Shown here: piece after piece, positions 19,216 through 28,750 of the stretch
How positions within the stretch are numbered: the stretch's first letter is position 1
Layout of the letters: each line of letters begins with the position of its first letter
From: Myxococcota bacterium
GTDB lineage: Bacteria > Myxococcota_A > UBA9160 > SMWR01
DNA: 64,000 nucleotides
Reading direction: 5' to 3'
Assembly: GCA_036336695.1 (NCBI GenBank)
Contig: JAYZFQ010000084.1
Span: 9,726 to 73,725 of the forward strand
Made by a program: the position numbers and the translations under genes
Notes under the pieces: model-generated
Told to the model about the DNA's origin: nothing
The model's input: only the letters and a program-made list of their open reading frames with translations
The model's database searches: none

Positions 19216-19480
19216 TGTGTCTACCTCCGTTCGCGCGACGTGCCTGGTAAACAGGGACCGCCGCTCCGATGAAATATTTAGACGCAATAACCGCGCCGCT
19301 GGGAAGCGCTCTGGTGCGGTTGCAAGGCTGTCACGGAGGAGATGCTGTCGCCGTTTAGCCGATTCCGGCCAACGATTCCGGCGAAAAGGAATAAGTCACT
19401 AATATTGTAGCGTTTTCAACCCGCTTTAGACCAAGCCCCCGGTACCCTGAGCGGGACACGTTGTCCGGGAACCTCGATTG

Positions 19481-19789
19481 CTACCGAGGGTCCCAGAACC
19501 GGCGCTGCCACTCGAGATAGCGGGCTTCGGTCTTTCGCAGACGGTCGCGCCAGCGCGCCGGATCCAGCGGGTGCTGCGCCCGGCGGAGCGGCGCGAGGCT
19601 GCGCCGCAGCCTGTCGGGGGTGCGCGAGGCTTCGAGGTCGGCGAAGTCGAGGTGCTGGATCGCGCGCACCGGTTCGAGGAAGGCGCCCAGGACGGGGATT
19701 CCCGCTCCAGCGGTGCGGCCCTGGGGGTCCGCCGCGACGAGTCCAACGCAGGCGACCGACACCAACAGCAAGATTCCGGTCCGCTCCAC
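19481..19789 (-). CDS. Small hypothetical exported protein
   Basis: AGGAGAGG RBS, GTG start, hydrophobic N-terminus. Confidence 0.45.
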   Translation of the reverse strand: MERTGILLLVSVACVGLVAADPQGRTAGAGIPVLGAFLEPVRAIQHLDFADLEASRTPDRLRRSLAPLRRAQHPLDPARWRDRLRKTEARYLEWQRRFWDPR

Positions 19790-19876
19790 GCCGCGCCTCT
19801 CCTCGAGAGACCATCGGCCACCCCGCCCCGGATCTTGTGCTTGCCCCCGCCGGGGCGTGTCTGGCTGGTTTCTGCC

Positions 19877-20473
19877 TCAACCCCTCGGCCGCGTCGGGAA
19901 GTTCGCCAGGATCTTGCGAACGGCTTCGGAAATCAGTTCCTGGGGATCGTCGCGCCGGGAGAGTCGGGCGGAGGCCCAGCCGACCCAGACGGCCTGCTCG
20001 GTTTGCCGGTCGTAGAACTCCAGGGTCAGGGTTCCCTGGGTGTATTGCTGGACGCTCACCGTCGAGCCGCCGTACCAGCTGCCGTACCCGTAGCGCGCCG
20101 GGTAGGGATAGACGGCGCCGATCGCCGGTGACTCGTGGACGCGGACCTTGTCCTCGGCGCCCACGCTGTAGGCCACCACGAGGTCCGCCTTGGCGGGCGC
20201 GTCGACGAGCCGGTAGCCGCGCGTTTCCAGTACCCGATTGACGGCGCCCCGGATGCGCTGGTCGTCGAGAGCGCTCACGACGCCGGGCTTTCCCGAGCCC
20301 TCCTTGGCTCGGGCGAGGGGGCCCGGACCGATCCATGCGAAGGTCTGGAAGGCACTGAAATCCGCCTTGGGGTCCCGGTCGGTCCGGATCTGCATGGGGG
20401 TCGCACACGCCAGGAGTGCGAGGGTCGTGAAGAGGAGGACGAGCGGGCGACGCTGCTGGGAAAACGGACTCAC
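19877..20473 (-). CDS. DUF4136 domain lipoprotein
   Basis: Lipobox LLAC; DRDPKADFSAFQTFAW; YTQGTLTLEFYD..TEQAVWVG. Confidence 0.88.
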   Translation of the reverse strand: MSPFSQQRRPLVLLFTTLALLACATPMQIRTDRDPKADFSAFQTFAWIGPGPLARAKEGSGKPGVVSALDDQRIRGAVNRVLETRGYRLVDAPAKADLVVAYSVGAEDKVRVHESPAIGAVYPYPARYGYGSWYGGSTVSVQQYTQGTLTLEFYDRQTEQAVWVGWASARLSRRDDPQELISEAVRKILANFPTRPRG

Positions 20474-20830
20474 GCGAGAATCTCCTCTTCTGCCGGTCGG
20501 TCTTCCGGAGTTGGGGTGGCACGGCTCCGGTGTTCCGCACGCGGATGGGAAGCGCACCATGGTCCAGATCTCCCGCGAGTTCAAGAACGGAACATGGGGT
20601 GCGGCCGGAGGGGCCGCGGTGGCTCGTCGTTGCCGGGTGGTGTTCGGAGGGGCCTCGACGACTCGCCAGCGCCGGGTTGCGGCCGCTATGCTGTCCGCCG
20701 CAGGAGACATCCGCCGAGACGGTTCGCCGCACCGGTCGCAGGGCCGCGTGTTGGGCGACTTCCGGTCGGCAGTACGGGTGCGGAAGACCCGGGCACCCGC
20801 CGTTTTTCACCCCAGCATGGAGACGTTCGT

Positions 20831-21595
20831 GTGCGCGCTGTGATCGAAGCCTCCAGCGACCTGTTCGAGGCCCGGAAGCGGCTCCAGGATCATGCGCTGT
20901 ACGGTGCGGTTCGCACCATCGGCGACCTGCGCCGCTTTACGGAGTTCCACGTCTTCGCGGTCTGGGACTTCATGACGTTGCTCAAGAGCCTGCAGCGCGA
21001 GCTCACGTCGGTTTCGCTGCCGTGGAGTCCGCCCCGCGACCCCGAAGCGGCGCGCTTGGTGAACGAGCTCGTGCTCGCCGAGGAGAGCGATGCAATCGGA
21101 GCGGGCGCGAACCTCCGGCACCTTTCTCACTTCGCGTGGTACCTGGAGGCGATGACCGAGATCGGTGCCGACCGAACGGCGATCGATACCTGGGTCGATT
21201 CCAGTCGCCGAAGTGACTCGCTGCGTGCTGCCCTCGGAACGACGGAGCTGGTGCCTGCCGTGGGCGCCTTCCTGTCCGCTACTGCCGATACGCTCGACGA
21301 ACCGTTGCCTGTGCGCGCGGCGACGTTTCACCAGGCCCGCGAGTCGATCATTCCCGAGATGTTTCTGCCGATCGCAGACCAACTGGCGGCGCGGGGCTTC
21401 GAATGCGCGACGCTTCTCGCCTACTTGCGCCGGCACGTCGATGTCGATTCCCAGGAACACGCCGTGGCCTCGGAGCAGATGGTGGCACGGCTGCTGGAAG
21501 GGTCTCCGGAGCTGGCGTCGAGGGCGGACGCCGTCTCGGTGCACGCGCTCTCCGCACGCGCTGCCTTGTGGGATGCAATCCTCGAAGCGCTCTGA
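20831..21595 (+). CDS. DUF3050 family protein (heme-oxygenase-like fold, putative diiron enzyme)
   Basis: HALY, FHVFAVWDFMTLLKSLQ, RLVNELVLAEESD, SHFAWYLEAM, RESIIPEMF, YLRRHVDVD..EH; GGAGA RBS with GTG start. Confidence 0.88.
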   Translation: MRAVIEASSDLFEARKRLQDHALYGAVRTIGDLRRFTEFHVFAVWDFMTLLKSLQRELTSVSLPWSPPRDPEAARLVNELVLAEESDAIGAGANLRHLSHFAWYLEAMTEIGADRTAIDTWVDSSRRSDSLRAALGTTELVPAVGAFLSATADTLDEPLPVRAATFHQARESIIPEMFLPIADQLAARGFECATLLAYLRRHVDVDSQEHAVASEQMVARLLEGSPELASRADAVSVHALSARAALWDAILEAL

Positions 21596-22883
21596 TTCGC
21601 GCGGGCTTGCCGTCAGCGACGCGGACGCCGGCGCTTTGGCTGCCCTCGACCGGTTCGGCGCGGACCTCGTCTCCGTCCGTTCCGGAATGGAGGCGGTGCT
21701 CGATGCCGCGGAGGAGTACCCGCGCTGTCCGCTGCTCCAAGTCTACGCGGCGACCCTTCACCTTTACGCCCAGGACGCCGCCGGCCAGCGTTCCGCCCGA
21801 GCGCTGCTCGACCGGGCCGCGGCGCTGAGCGGCGCGATGAACCCACGGGAGCGCCTTTCCCTCGCCGCGGCCGAGGCGTGGTGGTCCGGCGACTTCGAAG
21901 CGGCGGCAGAACGGCTCGAGGCGCTTACCGCTCAGTGGCCCGGAGACCTCGTGGCGTTGAAGGCCTGCGAGTTTCTCTACTACGTCATGGGCCAACACTG
22001 GAGCGGTGCGCGCTTTCTCGCCCACGTAGAGCGGGTCGCCGAAGCCAACGCGGACTCCGGCCCGTTCTTCGGCATCTGGGGCTTCGCCGCCGAACTCTGC
22101 GGCCAGCGTGCCCGGGCGTTCGAGTTGGCGAACCGGGCGCTCGCCCTCTCACCCGACGACGCCTGGACCCACCACACCCTCGCCCACGCGTACCTGATGG
22201 AAGGCCGCGCGGCCGAGGGGCGCGGGGCCTTGCAACCCTGCCTCGAAGGCTGGGGCGGGGCCGCCCCGTCGATCCGAGGCCACAATACGTGGCACCTCGC
22301 GCTCTTCAGCGTCGTGCTGGCGGACCCGGAGCCCGCTGCCGTCCTCTATCGCGACCGCCTGGCGGTGGGCGAGTCTGCCGGGGTGGGGGAATTGATCGAC
22401 GCGATTTCGCTGCTCTGGTGGCTCGAGCACGCGGGCGCGCCCCAGGACGAGGCGTGGTCGCGCCTCCTTCCCCCCCTGTTGCCCCACGTGCGCGACCTGG
22501 CCTTCCCCTTTGCCGCGGCCCACTTCGCGATGGCGCTCTCCCGGGCGGGGGAGCGGGAGGCACTGGCCGTGCTTCAGGCCGACGTCCGCGAGCAGGCGTC
22601 CCGGCACGCCGGTGAGCGCCGGCGCGCCTGGGAGGTTGGCGTCCCCCTCGTCGACGCCTGCGCTGCGTTCGGCACGGGCAACGCGCCGGCGGGTTGCGAA
22701 GCCCTGTCTCCGGTGATCGAGGAGGTCGGGCGGGTCGGCGGTAGCGACGCCCAGGATGCCGTGTTTCGCTACGCGCTCGTCCGGGGGCTCGCCGAGGCGG
22801 GTCGGGGCCGGGAAGCGCGCGCCCAGGCCGAGGCGCTGTGCGCGGGGCGTCCCGTGCTCCCCTTCGAAGAGCGCTGGCTTTAG
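21573..22883 (+). CDS. TTC38-like tetratricopeptide repeat protein
   Basis: DSRGLAVS N-terminus, DAWTHHTLAH, HNTWHLAL, DAISLLWWL, GGSDAQDAVF; overlaps the end of DUF3050. Confidence 0.82.
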   Translation: MQSSKRSDSRGLAVSDADAGALAALDRFGADLVSVRSGMEAVLDAAEEYPRCPLLQVYAATLHLYAQDAAGQRSARALLDRAAALSGAMNPRERLSLAAAEAWWSGDFEAAAERLEALTAQWPGDLVALKACEFLYYVMGQHWSGARFLAHVERVAEANADSGPFFGIWGFAAELCGQRARAFELANRALALSPDDAWTHHTLAHAYLMEGRAAEGRGALQPCLEGWGGAAPSIRGHNTWHLALFSVVLADPEPAAVLYRDRLAVGESAGVGELIDAISLLWWLEHAGAPQDEAWSRLLPPLLPHVRDLAFPFAAAHFAMALSRAGEREALAVLQADVREQASRHAGERRRAWEVGVPLVDACAAFGTGNAPAGCEALSPVIEEVGRVGGSDAQDAVFRYALVRGLAEAGRGREARAQAEALCAGRPVLPFEERWL

Positions 22884-22928
22884 CAGTCGGTGCGCTCGGT
22901 ATACTTCGGCTCTCCGGGAGACAGCGTT

Positions 22929-24677
22929 GTGAAGATTGCGTCCCGCGCGCGCGGGCTATTTGTCGCCAGTGTCGTGTGGGTCGGGGCTTGCGGTCCGGGC
23001 GCGCCGCCGCCCGAGGTCGAGGTTGTTGTCGTGGATTCCGTGCCGCGTCCTCTCGAAGAGCACACGGCGGAATTCGAGCAGCGCGTGTACGAGGTGACCG
23101 ATGGCGTCCACGTCGCCGTCGGCTTTGGTCTCGCGAACTCGATCCTGGTCGAGGGCGACGATTGCGCCTTCGTCGTCGACGTCCTGGGAAGTATCGAGCG
23201 TGCCCGGGAGGTCCGCGCCGAGTTCGAGAAGATTACCGATAAGCCCATCGCGGCGTTGATCTACACCCACAACCATGCCGACCACGTCTTCGGCGGACCG
23301 GGCTTCGTCGATCCGGACGCGGAGGTCGCGGTCTACGCCCATGCGGACACCGAGTTCTACATCGACCGCATGGTCAGCCGGATCCGACCGGTCATTGCGA
23401 AGCGCGGTGCCCGGATGTTCGGAAGCCATCTCCCCGATGAGGGGCCGGACCGCTTCGTGAACGCTGGCATCGGTCCGGCCCTGGAGATCGGGCCCGAGGG
23501 CGGAACCCTGGGCCTGCTGCGGCCCACGCAGACTTTCGAAGACACTCTCGCGGTCGAGATCTGCGGCGTGGAGGTGGAACTCGTTCACGCCCCGGGCGAA
23601 ACCAACGATCAGCTCTTCGTGTGGCTGCCCGAGAAGCGCGTGCTCATGCCGGGGGACAACGTCTACCGCGCCTTTCCCAACCTGTACACGATCCGGGGCA
23701 CGCTCTACCGGGACGTCATGGCCTGGGCGGACAGCATCGACGAGATGCGGGCGCGCCGCCCCGCGTTTCTCGTGCCCAGCCACACGCGGCCGGTCTCCGG
23801 GGAAGCGCGCATCGACTCGATCCTGCTCGCCTATCGCGACGCCATCCAGTACGTGCACGACCAGACGATTCGCGGCATCAACCGGGGTCTGACGCCCGAC
23901 GAGCTCGTCGCCGAAATCGAGCTGCCCGAGGCCTTGCGCGATCACCCCTATCTACAGGAGTTCTACGGCACGGTGCCCTGGTCGGTGCGGTCCGTTTTCA
24001 ACGGCTACCTGGGATGGTTCGATGGGGACACGGCGACCCTCGCCCCGGCCCATCCCCTCGAGCGCGCCGAGGGCTACGCGGCCCTGGCCGGGGGACCCGA
24101 CGCATTGCTCGCCGGCGCGCGCGACGCGATCGCCGAGGAGCGCTACGCCTGGGCCGCGGAACTCGCGACCCATGCTGCACGTCTGCGTCCCGACGACCCG
24201 GAACCGCGGCGGGTGAAGGCGCGGGCCCTCCGGGCCCTCGGGCAGCGCAGCATGAGTCCCAACGCGCGGAACTATTACCTGACCCAGGCACTCGAACTGG
24301 AGGGTGCGGTCACCCTGCCCGCGGGTTCGGAGGTGGGCGAGGAACTCATGGAGCTGGTGCAGTCGATTCCAATCGAGAACTTCCTCGCCGCGATGCCGGT
24401 GAACCTCGATCCCGAAAAGGCAGGGGACGCCGAGTTGATCGTCGGGTTCGACTTCACGGATCTTGGCGCCGGCTACGGGATTCACGTGCGCAACGGCGTT
24501 GCCGACCTGCAGCCGGGCTTTCCCGAAACGCCGGACCTGGCCCTTCGGCTGCCGTCGGGGCTGTGGAAGGAAATCGTGGTAGGCGCCCGGAACCCCGCGC
24601 TGGCATTCGTAGGAAGCGATGTCGAGGTGGAGGGCAGCACGCTCCAACTCATCCGGTTCCTCGGCTGGTTCCGCTAG
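22929..24677 (+). CDS. Alkyl sulfatase (SdsA1-like metallo-beta-lactamase with dimerisation and SCP2 domains), probable lipoprotein
   Basis: YTHNHADH, HAPGETNDQ, FPNLYTIRGT, PSHTRP, EFYGTVPWSVR..YLGWFDG, ARNYYLT. Confidence 0.92.
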   Translation: MKIASRARGLFVASVVWVGACGPGAPPPEVEVVVVDSVPRPLEEHTAEFEQRVYEVTDGVHVAVGFGLANSILVEGDDCAFVVDVLGSIERAREVRAEFEKITDKPIAALIYTHNHADHVFGGPGFVDPDAEVAVYAHADTEFYIDRMVSRIRPVIAKRGARMFGSHLPDEGPDRFVNAGIGPALEIGPEGGTLGLLRPTQTFEDTLAVEICGVEVELVHAPGETNDQLFVWLPEKRVLMPGDNVYRAFPNLYTIRGTLYRDVMAWADSIDEMRARRPAFLVPSHTRPVSGEARIDSILLAYRDAIQYVHDQTIRGINRGLTPDELVAEIELPEALRDHPYLQEFYGTVPWSVRSVFNGYLGWFDGDTATLAPAHPLERAEGYAALAGGPDALLAGARDAIAEERYAWAAELATHAARLRPDDPEPRRVKARALRALGQRSMSPNARNYYLTQALELEGAVTLPAGSEVGEELMELVQSIPIENFLAAMPVNLDPEKAGDAELIVGFDFTDLGAGYGIHVRNGVADLQPGFPETPDLALRLPSGLWKEIVVGARNPALAFVGSDVEVEGSTLQLIRFLGWFR

Positions 24678-24723
24678 GGCCCCGGGAAATCGCATGGGAT
24701 TGCGAGACCTCTGAAGCGTCGTC

Positions 24724-25581
24724 GTGTCGCTCGTTTTCGTGGCGGGGCCCGCGGCTTTGGCGGACGGGCTGGGGGGGGGCCTCGAACGGGGAGACCGCGC
24801 CTACGCCGCCCGCGGCGTGGACAACGACGGCCGCGGTCGTGCGGCGCCCGATCGCATCGCGGTCGCGATCGAAGCCTACGAGGAGGCCCTGGCGGAAGAC
24901 CCTGGAAACCTGGTTGCCCGCTGGAAAGCCATGGCGGCCCTGTACTTCGCTGGGGATTTCGCTGCGCCTGATGTGGAGGCGGCGCACGCCTTTTTCGAGC
25001 GGGGCCGGCTCCTGGGCGAGGACGGGATCGCGCGCGTGGCTCGGAGGCTCGACCTGGGCCGACCCCTCGTGGATCTCGACGCGGAAGTCATACGTGCCTC
25101 GGTACCGCGGGCGCTCGCGACCCCGGTCGGTCGGCTCTACTTCTGGGCGGCGATCAACTGGGGCGCCTGGACTCGGGAGGAGGGCTTCCTGCAGATCGTC
25201 CGCCAGGGCGTTGCCCGGCGGCTTCGCGACTACGCGAAGGTAAGCCTGGCGCTCGATCCGGCGATCTACCGCGGGGGGAGCCAGCGTTTGCTCGCACACA
25301 TGCATGCGAATCTCCCCCGGGTTCCGTTCATCTCGGGGTGGGTCGACAGGGAGTTGGCCGTCGGGTTTGCCGACCAGGCCCTCATCGTTGCGCCGGACGA
25401 CGTCGGCAACCGCGCGATCCTGGGGTTGGTTCTGCTGGACACGGTGCCCGCGCGGCGCGCCGAGGCGCTGTCGATCCTGGCCGAAGTCGCGGAAGCGGCG
25501 CCTCGCGAACACCTGGTGGTGGAAGACCAGGCGACGCGCGAGATGGCGCGCAGGCGCCTCGCAGAGGAGCGCGCCGATTAG
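24724..25581 (+). CDS. TPR-like secreted protein (possible true start at ATG 24694, blocked by an in-frame TGA)
   Basis: Helical repeats YEEALAEDP, LYFWAAINWG, ALDPAIYRGG, LPRVPFISGW; signal peptide ending PAALA. Confidence 0.65.
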   Translation: MSLVFVAGPAALADGLGGGLERGDRAYAARGVDNDGRGRAAPDRIAVAIEAYEEALAEDPGNLVARWKAMAALYFAGDFAAPDVEAAHAFFERGRLLGEDGIARVARRLDLGRPLVDLDAEVIRASVPRALATPVGRLYFWAAINWGAWTREEGFLQIVRQGVARRLRDYAKVSLALDPAIYRGGSQRLLAHMHANLPRVPFISGWVDRELAVGFADQALIVAPDDVGNRAILGLVLLDTVPARRAEALSILAEVAEAAPREHLVVEDQATREMARRRLAEERAD

Positions 25582-25599
25582 CCCCCGGCACGGGCGGCC

Positions 25600-26568
25600 C
25601 TAGCGCTGGATCGTCAGGGCCTCGGCGGCGACGACCCCCCAGGACCCGTCCGGGTCGAACGCCTGGATCTTGTCGGCCAGTTGCGCGGTGTCGGGGCCGA
25701 GGTTCTTCTCGTAGACGATGCCCGTCTGGTTCACCAGGAACGTCATGACACCGGAAGCTCCGTACTGAGCCGGGCGGGCGATCAAGGCGAATCCGTTCGT
25801 CATGGCGCCGTCGACGACGTAGTCCATGGATCCGCCGTAAGCCTCGGGTCCTTGGGCGAGCAGGATGCGGTAGACGTAGCCGTGGTAGGGCGTGTCGGGT
25901 CCCTGGCTCCCGGAGTAGCCCTCGGCGCGCGCGGCTGCGTAGAGTTCCCCCAGCGGGCTGGGAAGTTCGCCAGGGCCGACCTTCCAGAAAAGCCCGTCCT
26001 TTTTTCCAGGGGTACTGGTGAGGGTTCGCGCGTACTGGGGCGTTCCTCCCATCGGGTTTCGGGCGAAGTACTCGCGCTCGGCATCCACGAAGGCAAGGCT
26101 CGCCTGGATGGCACTGAATTCGTTGCGGCCGATCCGGCGGTTCAGCATCTCTTCGCGCCCGCTGGCGGTGTCGAAGCGCCAACCGTCGTTGCCCGGAACC
26201 AGCGGGATGGGAAAGGCCCAATTGCTCGCTCCGGCTTCGAGGATCTTGCTCCCCTCGTTTCCGGCCACCCACTGGTGCTTCTTTTCGTAGGCCGAGACGA
26301 ACACCTTGCGCAGGTACGCGTCCGAGGTCGGATCGCCCGAGGACACGAGGGCGGCGGCATCGGTCCCGAAGATGGCGAGGAGCCGTTCCGTGTCGTTCGT
26401 TCGGGCCGCCTCGACGAGCGCTGCCCCTGCGCCCGCCGGCGATGCGAAGAGTTCGGGGCCGTGCGCGTCCGCGTGGGAAGCCACCGGTGCGAGCAAGACT
26501 GCAGTGGTCGCCAGGAATCGGGCGAGACTCGATCGCGCCTGGATCCGCGTCATCGGGGTTCCCTTCAT
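25600..26568 (-). CDS. DUF2950 family protein
   Basis: WAFPIPLV, WRFDT..GREEMLNRRIGRNE, KKDGLFW, PYHGYVYRIL, YGASGVMTFLVN; ATGA overlap with DUF3300. Confidence 0.93.
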   Translation of the reverse strand: MKGTPMTRIQARSSLARFLATTAVLLAPVASHADAHGPELFASPAGAGAALVEAARTNDTERLLAIFGTDAAALVSSGDPTSDAYLRKVFVSAYEKKHQWVAGNEGSKILEAGASNWAFPIPLVPGNDGWRFDTASGREEMLNRRIGRNEFSAIQASLAFVDAEREYFARNPMGGTPQYARTLTSTPGKKDGLFWKVGPGELPSPLGELYAAARAEGYSGSQGPDTPYHGYVYRILLAQGPEAYGGSMDYVVDGAMTNGFALIARPAQYGASGVMTFLVNQTGIVYEKNLGPDTAQLADKIQAFDPDGSWGVVAAEALTIQR

Positions 26569-27794
26569 CGCCGTCGTCCTCCGCCAAAGTGCCGTCCGCC
26601 GCCTCGTCCTCCGCCCCAACCGCCGCCGCCGCCGCCGAAGCTGTCCCGGCTGGCGCGGCCGCGATTGGAATTGCGGCGCGCTTCAACGCCGTTGCCGGCG
26701 CCGCCGAACGCGCCGTCACCCCAGCGGGATTGCCCCTGCTGGCGCGCGCCCGCGCGGTTTTGCTCGAAGCCCCCTTGCCGGGTGTTGGCGCCTTCGCGCT
26801 TTCCCCCGAAACTTCCGCCGCCGGAACCCGCGCCCTTGAAGCGGTCGGCGTTGCCCTGGGCGATCTGCTGCCGCCCCTTCTCCGCGTGTCCGCGGAAGGA
26901 GTCTCGGGCCTTCTGTCTCTGGGCCGAATTGTCGCCGTATCTGTTCTGGAGGTTCCGGTCGCCGTACCCGACGCCCCTGCGGTGGGTGTTGTCGTGTTTC
27001 CAGGTGTTGTTGGTGATGTTGGTTCTGTTGAAATTGTTGTAACGGTTGACGTTGATGTTGACTTCGGACCGGCCCCAGTTGCAGTTGCCCCAGAGCGCAG
27101 CGCCGACGGCCATGCCCATGCCGAACGAGATTGCTGAAGACGCATACCGGTAGCCGGGGGGGTACCAGTAGAAGGGCGCGTAGGCGGGGTAGGGCCACAC
27201 GCCGTACACGACCGTCGGGTTGTAGGTGGGGACGTAGACGACTTCCGGGTTTGCGGGCTGGATGATGATGGTCTGCGACTGGTTGCCTGTGGGTTTGTCC
27301 TCGACTGTCACGGTCTGCTGATCATTGCTCTTGAGGTTCCCGGCGTCCTCGGCGCGCTTTCGCAGCCCTTGGATTGCACTCATGACGTCCGATTGCTGTG
27401 CGAGGAACGCGTTGCCCAGTTGGGTGGTCCAGTCGAGCTTGTCGTTCATCATTTCCAGCGTCTGCGGAAACGCGGTGAGCGACTTCACGCTCGCGTCCCA
27501 GCTTTCTTTCTGGAGCGCGGCCTCGAGTTGCTTGCCTTCCAGCTTTGGGTTGGCCTTTACCCAGCGCGCGGCCTCGACGATTTCCAGGGGGTAGGTGGAG
27601 GCCATCAGCACCTGGGCGATCAGGGAATCCGGGTACAGGGCGATGGGAGCCACGAGTTGATCGAGCTGCTCCGTGGAGAGGGTCTTCGTGTCGCTCTTGG
27701 CCCCCTGCGCAGCCGGGATCCAGGCAAGCAGAGCCAGGAGAACCACGAGCGTGGGTTCTCCGAGAGAACGCATCGGGCTTCGGGTGCGGGTCAC
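26565..27794 (-). CDS. DUF3300 domain protein with Gly/Arg-rich tail
   Basis: QLDQLVAPIALYPDSLIAQVLMASTYP, WDASVKSL, PEVVYVPTYNP. Confidence 0.93.
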   Translation of the reverse strand: MTRTRSPMRSLGEPTLVVLLALLAWIPAAQGAKSDTKTLSTEQLDQLVAPIALYPDSLIAQVLMASTYPLEIVEAARWVKANPKLEGKQLEAALQKESWDASVKSLTAFPQTLEMMNDKLDWTTQLGNAFLAQQSDVMSAIQGLRKRAEDAGNLKSNDQQTVTVEDKPTGNQSQTIIIQPANPEVVYVPTYNPTVVYGVWPYPAYAPFYWYPPGYRYASSAISFGMGMAVGAALWGNCNWGRSEVNINVNRYNNFNRTNITNNTWKHDNTHRRGVGYGDRNLQNRYGDNSAQRQKARDSFRGHAEKGRQQIAQGNADRFKGAGSGGGSFGGKREGANTRQGGFEQNRAGARQQGQSRWGDGAFGGAGNGVEARRNSNRGRASRDSFGGGGGGWGGGRGGGRHFGGGRRR

Positions 27795-28066
27795 TGGGGT
27801 TCCTCTCCTCGCTTTTGACTCGGAAAGCTCGGCATTCGGTCGCGGCGTTCCGACGACTGCGCCGCCGGCGGCCGTCCATCGTGGAGCCTCCTATGACCGA
27901 TCGGGAGACATTCTGTCAACTGCGTTCATTCCGTCTCGCGAAATCCCGGTTCGCCGTCGGGTCGGGACTCGGTATTGCGGAGCCGATTTCGTCCACCGGG
28001 AACGCGCTGGGCCCGGCCGAGCAATGTGTGCGATTTTACGGGCGCTGCCAACGGGGTGACGCGCCG

Positions 28067-28744
28067 ATGAAGGACGAATGGAAGCGGCTACTGGGTCAAC
28101 TCGACGGGATCGAGGCGCGCCCGGCTCAGGCGCTGGAGTACGTGCGCGGGTGCGCCGAGCAGGGCGACGCCGCCAGCGTACTGGCCGCCCTGGATGAGTT
28201 CGCCGTCACCCAGGGCTTCCTGATGAACGTGGGCCCGGTGAAGGGCGTGCTCCTGGAGGAAGAGGCCGCCCGAGCGGGGACGGAAGCCCGTGTACTCGAA
28301 CTCGGCGCCCATTGCGGCTATTCGGCAATCCTCCTGGCGCGACGGCTCGAGGGCAACGGGCGGCTGGTCTCCGTGGATTCGAGCCGGGTCTCCGTGGACG
28401 CGACCCTCGGAATCGTGGCGTTTGCCGGTCTGGCGGACCGTGTCGAAGTGCTGTGCGGAGACTCCACGCCGACGCTTCCATCGCTCGAGGGTCCCTTCGA
28501 CTTCGTGTTCCTCGACCATTGGAAGGGTCTCTACCGGACGGACCTGGAGGCCATGGAGTCGGCCGGTCTCTTGCGCCCCGGGAGCGTTGTCTTCGCCGAT
28601 AACGTCGGACCGATGTTCGGCGCTGACGAATACCTGGCCTATGTGCGCGACTGTGGCCGGTACGAAAGCCGCCACCTGGTTTCGACCGTGGAATACACGG
28701 AGATCGAGGACGCCGTCGAAATCTCCACCTACCTCGGGCCCTGA
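28067..28744 (+). CDS. Catechol O-methyltransferase-like SAM-dependent methyltransferase
   Basis: LMNVGPVKG, VLELGAHCGYS, FDFVFLDHWK, ADNV. Confidence 0.9.
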   Translation: MKDEWKRLLGQLDGIEARPAQALEYVRGCAEQGDAASVLAALDEFAVTQGFLMNVGPVKGVLLEEEAARAGTEARVLELGAHCGYSAILLARRLEGNGRLVSVDSSRVSVDATLGIVAFAGLADRVEVLCGDSTPTLPSLEGPFDFVFLDHWKGLYRTDLEAMESAGLLRPGSVVFADNVGPMFGADEYLAYVRDCGRYESRHLVSTVEYTEIEDAVEISTYLGP

Positions 28745-28750
28745 GCCGCG

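Noticed and set aside
20480-20710. VPFLNSREIW segment resembling a flavin-disulfide reductase fragment
   Set aside because: Too short, with no flanking motifs; probably coincidental in an intergenic region.
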